NCBI RefSeq assembly: GCF_009914755.1
Contig: NC_060929.1
Direction: 5' to 3' (one strand)
DNA from: the human T2T-CHM13v2.0 reference genome, Homo sapiens
DNA length: 64,000 nucleotides
Of this stretch, positions 57,176 to 64,000 are shown one piece after another. The translations under genes and the position numbers were made by a program. A model generated the notes under the pieces. The model searched no databases. It was given only the letters and a program-made list of their open reading frames with translations, and was not told where the DNA came from. Positions within the stretch are counted from its first letter, which is position 1. Each line of letters starts with the position of its first letter.

Positions 57176-58164
57176 CTAGAGCAACAGTCAAGTCTTATCT
57201 TTTAAAGTGGCTAAACAGATTGGGATGACCTTTCACATATGTTTTTCTAGCTGGTAATCCTCCAAATCCCCAAACAGTATAATCTTTCCTCCTCTTCATT
57301 TATTTATTGTAAGCCACTGTTTTGCTCTGAGGTTGCTTTCTTCAGATTAGGAAAGTGGTTGAGAGCTGTGGGCTCCAGGGTGAGAGAGTTGGAGTCCAAA
57401 TCCATGCTCTCTCACTTACTATCTGTACACTTTGTACCAGAGTTTCCTCATCTGTGTACTGGGAATAATATAACAACCTACTACATGAGGTGACTATGAA
57501 GATTAAATGAGTTCTACATATGCACTTGTCAGACCCTGTGTGACACAGGGAGGGCTCAAAAACTGTTAAAATTATTCTTTAGCTATTTTCATATGAAGCT
57601 ATTCTACCCATGCCTTCTGTACAATTTCCTTTCTTCCCTCCTACCTTCTTCATTCTTTTACCTCCTTCTCTAGGAATCTCTCTGATTGAGTGTTATGATT
57701 TAACTCCCAAAAAGAAAAAAAAAATCAATTTTTTTCCCTAATGCCTTAACATAAATATTAAGGCCATTATCCATATGTACCCTTGTGGCTTGAATTTGCA
57801 GGCGATTTTTGAACATAACACAAGGTGGCAGATGTAGTGATATAGATCTTTCTAAAGATTCTTGTTTCGCAGGCACTTGACCTGACACGCCACTATTTAA
57901 GCCAGTTTGGCCAATAAACTCTTTCCTTGTCACAAAGAGTTGTTCACGTGTGAGAACTACTGAAAAATGATCATCTGAGGGTGACACTTTGGCTATGCCA
58001 CAGAGCCTTGTGATGGGGACAGCCCTAGAGAGATGCAGGGGTCAGCACCTACCCCGTCCTTAATCTCCCACTGCCCTGCGACCCTTCCTCTGCTTGGATC
58101 CTTGCCATTCCTTCTCCCACTTGGAACCATGGGTTGGTCGCATTTCCTATACAGCAGCCACCTG

Positions 58165-58690
58165 TCTATTTTTCAAATGTTTAAAAATTGACAAAGATTA
58201 TATTTATTTATGGTGTACAACATGGTGTTATGAAATATGCAGCCATTGTGGAATGGCTAATGGAAGTCTATCAACACACATACTTATCATTTATTTGTGG
58301 TGAGAACATTTCAAATCTATTCTTTTAGCAGTTTTCAAGTATCCATTATTATTAACTGCAGTCATCATGTTGTACAATAGACCTCTTGAACTTACTCCTC
58401 TTGTCTAACTGAAATTTTGTATCCTTTGACCAGCATCTCCCCAGTCCCCCAGCCCCTGCCTGGTAACCGCCATTCTACTCTGTTTCTGTGAGTTCGACTT
58501 TTTAAGATCCTATATGTAAGTGAGATCATGCGATCTTTGTCCTTCTGTGCCTGGCTTATTTCACTTAATGTAGTGTTCTTCAGTTTCATCCATGCTGTTG
58601 CAAATAACAAGATTTCCTTCTTTTTTAAAAGGCTAAATAGTATCCCATTGTGTGTGTACATTTTCTTTGTTCGTCCATTGATGGACAAAC
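58165..58690 (-). mobile_element. L1MA 3' end
   Basis: Reverse L1MA 3'UTR (gtaagtgagatcatg...cctggcttatttcacttaa). Confidence 0.88.
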
Positions 58691-59208
58691 CTGCCTGTTT
58701 TTTGCATTTTTTTCGTTTCTTCTGTTTTTGGCAATAATGACAGCAAGAATGGAAATAAAGACATCTATAAAACATTGAAAAGCCCTTACACTTCCCTCCC
58801 TACCAAGATATTTAACAAATCACAAACTTGAAGTGAAGTTGGCAATCCTAGAGTTGCTGACAATGAGAAGGGGATGCAAAAAAGGCAAAGAAACAGAAGG
58901 AAGGAATGGTTACAGGAGGTCCTTGGACAAACGACAAACTGAGCAATGAGGCTCTATTCCCTTAACCAAGAAAAAGGGAGCAGCAGAGGAAAAAAGAGAG
59001 AAGTATGGGACTTATATATATATTGTTTATTTCACAAGGCAATTTAATCCAGTGGTTTGGAAGGGGAGGGGATTCTGGGGTATGAGTCCATTCTTGCTAG
59101 CCCTGTAACCATCGTCATTTAATTCTCAAAGCCTGTTTTCTCATTTATAATGCGGTATAATAATAGTTACTTTATTCCCAGGGGTGTTGTGATGATTAAA
59201 TGCAATAA

Positions 59209-59630
<422 letters not shown>

Positions 59631-59896
59631 CCCCTCAGATTCTTATATGTAAAACAGGGATGATAATAACACCTACAGGATAAATATATGGGATCAGTTA
59701 AAATATATCTGGCATCTAAAATGTGTTAGATGTTATTCTTCTGCCTTTGGTTGTAGGTACTTGTCCTGATTTTGTAAAGTGCCCAAAGCTTGGCACCTGA
59801 CACAGTCAAAACTCAATTATTACTATCAATTATGAAGATGCTTATTTTTCTGTCATAAAAGTAATGCACGATCTTTAGAGAAAAGTTAAAGTATGC

Positions 59897-60281
<385 letters not shown>

Positions 60282-60299
60282 TTATCTCATGATTTTGCT

Positions 60300-61470
60300 C
60301 TGCATAATTTTTTTAGCTCAGACAGATACAAAGGGAGGCTCTACATAATTTTATATTGTACATGCATTCATTTCATAGACTGCCTTGTTTACATGCATCA
60401 TAACAAAAACGTTTCCATGTGTTATCTTAAATTCTTGGCAAGCATCATTTCAGTAATAGGCCATCAAGTACAAATATGTTATCATAATTTGCTTTAACAT
60501 CTTACCTGAATTCATGCTGTTTTAAATTTTAAGTATTACAAATATATTGAGATGAACATGCTCGTGCATAAAATATTTTTTCCATATCTGAGATTATCTC
60601 ATTAGGATACATTGTGAGAAGTATTAATACTAGGGCATATTAGTATATTTTAAAGAGTCATCATACATCGCCTAATTACTTTCTAAAAGAGTTTTACCAA
60701 GTAAAATAACTAATCAAAACATATAAAAACACTCCCTTTATAGAACTGGATTCTACCATTTAAAAAAACTTGTCTCGATTTATTAGCAATGGCCCTCAGG
60801 GTTGCAATAAGTTGTACTTCTTTAATTACTCATGTAATATTTGAATTACTCATGTAAAATATTTGAATGTTTTTCTGTGTTTTTAAATTTTACCTTTTCT
60901 AATAACTTGTCTATGTAAGCGTTTTGTCCATTTTTCTCTATGCACCATAAAATGTTTTTGTCATATTTTGTATTCGTTCTTTATATGTTAAACGATATTA
61001 ATCTTTGTCTGTCTGTAGATATTTGTCCCCAGGCTGCATTTTAACTTTGGTTGTTGTTTTGACAGAAAGAAACGTTTTAAAAAAATGTGTTGTATAATGT
61101 TTGTTTTGTGTATGATTTATTCTATTAAGAAAAACTTAAAAGTAATTATGCTGGGGTGAATGGGTGTGAATGAGGAGAATCTTCTTGTTTTATGGCTTTA
61201 CCAATATATACTTTTCTAATTCTTTAATCCATTTGGAGTTAAAGTTATGTTGGTGTGTAGTATGAATTAAGCTAGAAATTGATTTTCTCTTCTAATTTGC
61301 TAACCAACTGTCCTAATGTTATCTGTTGAATAATTCATCCATTCCCCATTTATCCAAGATGTCTTTTTTATCATAAATTAAGTTTTTATACATTCCAAGG
61401 CTATCTGTTCTGTTCTATTGATCTTCCTGTCCATTCCTATGCCAATACCATGGTGTTTTAATTACAGTTA
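60300..61470 (-). mobile_element. Old L1ME-like fragment
   Basis: Degenerate reverse L1 ORF2/3' motifs (tctgttctgttctattgatct...atgccaataccatggtgttttaattac). Confidence 0.65.
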
Positions 61471-61809
61471 AAGGGTATTTAAGTCCACTATTTCAAGAGA
61501 GGGTCCGGCAGAGCCAGAACCATTATGTGAATGTGAGGATGTGGGCAGTAGACGTATGCAAATGCCTGATAGTTTTGTTCTCCTTGCCTGTCTTTGGACC
61601 CTGAACAGATCACAGAGTGATTGCTATGTTGAAAAGAGATCCTCAGGGATGTACATGTGACCCTAGAAGGGCTCCCAGGCATTGGGTCCCCTGGACAGGG
61701 CCTAGGTGAGCACTGCCATATTTTTCCTCTCTGACTTAGATTTTTCTGTATTCCATATGAAGCCTTACCGCCCACCCAAAAGACATGGTGTTTCTTCACA
61801 CCTTGGCAG

Positions 61810-62125
61810 AATGCTATTGTTAATCCATAGTGGTGACTTGTTGAACTCAGGTGGGACCATATGACTGTCTCTGGTCAATGAAAGGTGAGTGGTAGTCACT
61901 TGTGTCACTACTGGGAAGGAGCTTGAACAGTAAGCACATGCTTCACCATGCTCCAGATAGAGGCTATTCCATTAGCATGGGCCCCACAGTGGGGACAGTA
62001 TGGAGCGGAGCTGCAGCTGAGCTTCGATGACTTTCTAGAATGCATGACAAAAAAATCCTTGTCATAAGCCACAATATTTGGGGGTCATTTGCTATAATAG
62101 CCAACCTAGGCTATCCTGACTAATA
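61810..62125 (+). mobile_element. MLT1J-like MaLR LTR
   Basis: ggtcaatgaaaggtgagtggtagtcacttgtgtcact...taagccac...ctaggctatcctgactaata. Confidence 0.65.
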
Positions 62126-62767
62126 GCAGGAGGCTAGTCAAAATACTTAACAGTTGGTATAACATGAGCATTGACTAAAATCAACATAGATACCAGCTAG
62201 GACACCAAGAAGGTGCATCCAGGATGATTTAGCTTTGCACTTTTTTCAAGTCTTATTATCCTATCTCTTTAAGGTGACTTTGCATATCTCAAATCTCATT
62301 TACTAGGTATTGATTTTCTAACTTAGATTTTATAGTCCCTAGTGATTCCAGCCTCTATGGTTCCCCTCTTCTCTACTCCCTGTGACATGATTTGCTTGTG
62401 CCAGAAAATAGACAATTCATCACGCTTTATTGTGTCAGTCATGCATATGTTTTCTCCTTATTGATATCATAAGTCCTGATAGGCACCATCCATGTTATGA
62501 AACTTCTGTCCCTTCACAAGCTATACCACCATTCATCGCACAATATATAAGTGCATTTTGTGTTTAAAAAGTTTATGTGTGACATGCTGCTGTTATACTT
62601 TCTCAATTCATCATAAGATCTTATTGCTCCCAACTGAACAGACCTTATATAGATGTTCTGAAATTAGAAGCTTGAGAGGAAATTGGTGTCCTCCCCAACA
62701 AGAGAGAGCACTAAAGAGCCAGTGAGTGAGAGGCTGGTTTCTGACCTGGATTCCTAGCTGTCACCTA

Positions 62768-63186
<419 letters not shown>

Positions 63187-64000
63187 CTAAGCACAGAATC
63201 TGGTCCTTAAAGCAGTTATTGATATTTTTATTTAATTTTATTACTAGTATAGCCCATGGGGTGCCTCCTGTTCTTTGGTTGGTTGGTTGCTTGGTTTGCT
63301 TGGACCCCTATTTCAGGGCTCAGAGCAACCCCAGGCTCTCTCTAGGATTGTGATTGAACATTTTACCTCTTTGGAGTGTGATTCTTCACCAGCTCCAGTC
63401 CCCATGACTGTGTCATTTCCATCCTAACCAGATGCAAACATGAAGCTCCATGTGTTACTCCCCAAGGGCCCCAGGCTCTGGAGTGGTCCTGGCTCATGGT
63501 CTGTCTGGATTACCTTGGAATAGCTACTTAACTTCTCTGTTTCTCAGATTCCTCACTCCTAAAATAGGACAATAATAGTGCCTGCCTAGTAGAGTTGTTG
63601 TGAGGATTGATGAGTTAACATATCCAAAGCTCCAAGAACTGCTACTGACATTAGTGAATACATTTTAGCTATGATGATTCTTCATTCCCCCATTTTTGTG
63701 ATTTTGGCAATTTTTGTTAAAGATTCTGCATCTCTTCCATACTATGGGCTCAATTCCATGACACTCCACTGCCTTCCAAAGCCCATGTGCTCACAGCATG
63801 CCCCTCAGTGCACCCTGAACACCCCTGGGACACGAGTTCCAACTCAGCTGTTTCCACTACTTCTCTTCTGGAGAATAACCTTGCCAGGCCAGTCTGCTCC
63901 TCAACCTCAAATCTGAGGAAATAAAATTTCTCAGTTTTCCTGTCACTTTTTTGAGTTCTTACCAAGAAAAAATGATAGCAAGAGACTTGCTGCTTTGGGC

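Overview
Human (primate) genomic DNA containing the CpG-island promoter and first coding exon of EGFLAM (pikachurin; CDS 5859-5955, + strand), followed by about 58 kb of its first intron. Exon 2 is not in the window. Much of the sequence is interspersed repeat: Alus, MIR, L2, old L1s (including a ~7 kb near-full-length L1MA with nested THE1 and Alu), MaLR/ERVL LTRs and DNA-transposon relics. The main unexpected observation is a dead multi-exon protein-coding gene nested antisense in intron 1 (about 30.25-57.9 kb, - strand). Reading by eye, I found about 18 exon-like segments with splice signals and mostly matching intron phases, reconstructing roughly 1000 codons. The product has a divergent RhoGAP-like N-terminal region and an internal duplicated motif (EKCxxxxQ|EWK), each copy continuing into a 41-nt exon. 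It is disrupted by nonsense codons, small frameshifts and two MaLR LTR insertions. I could not name the protein. Repeat subfamily names are from memory of consensus sequences, and repeat boundaries are approximate.
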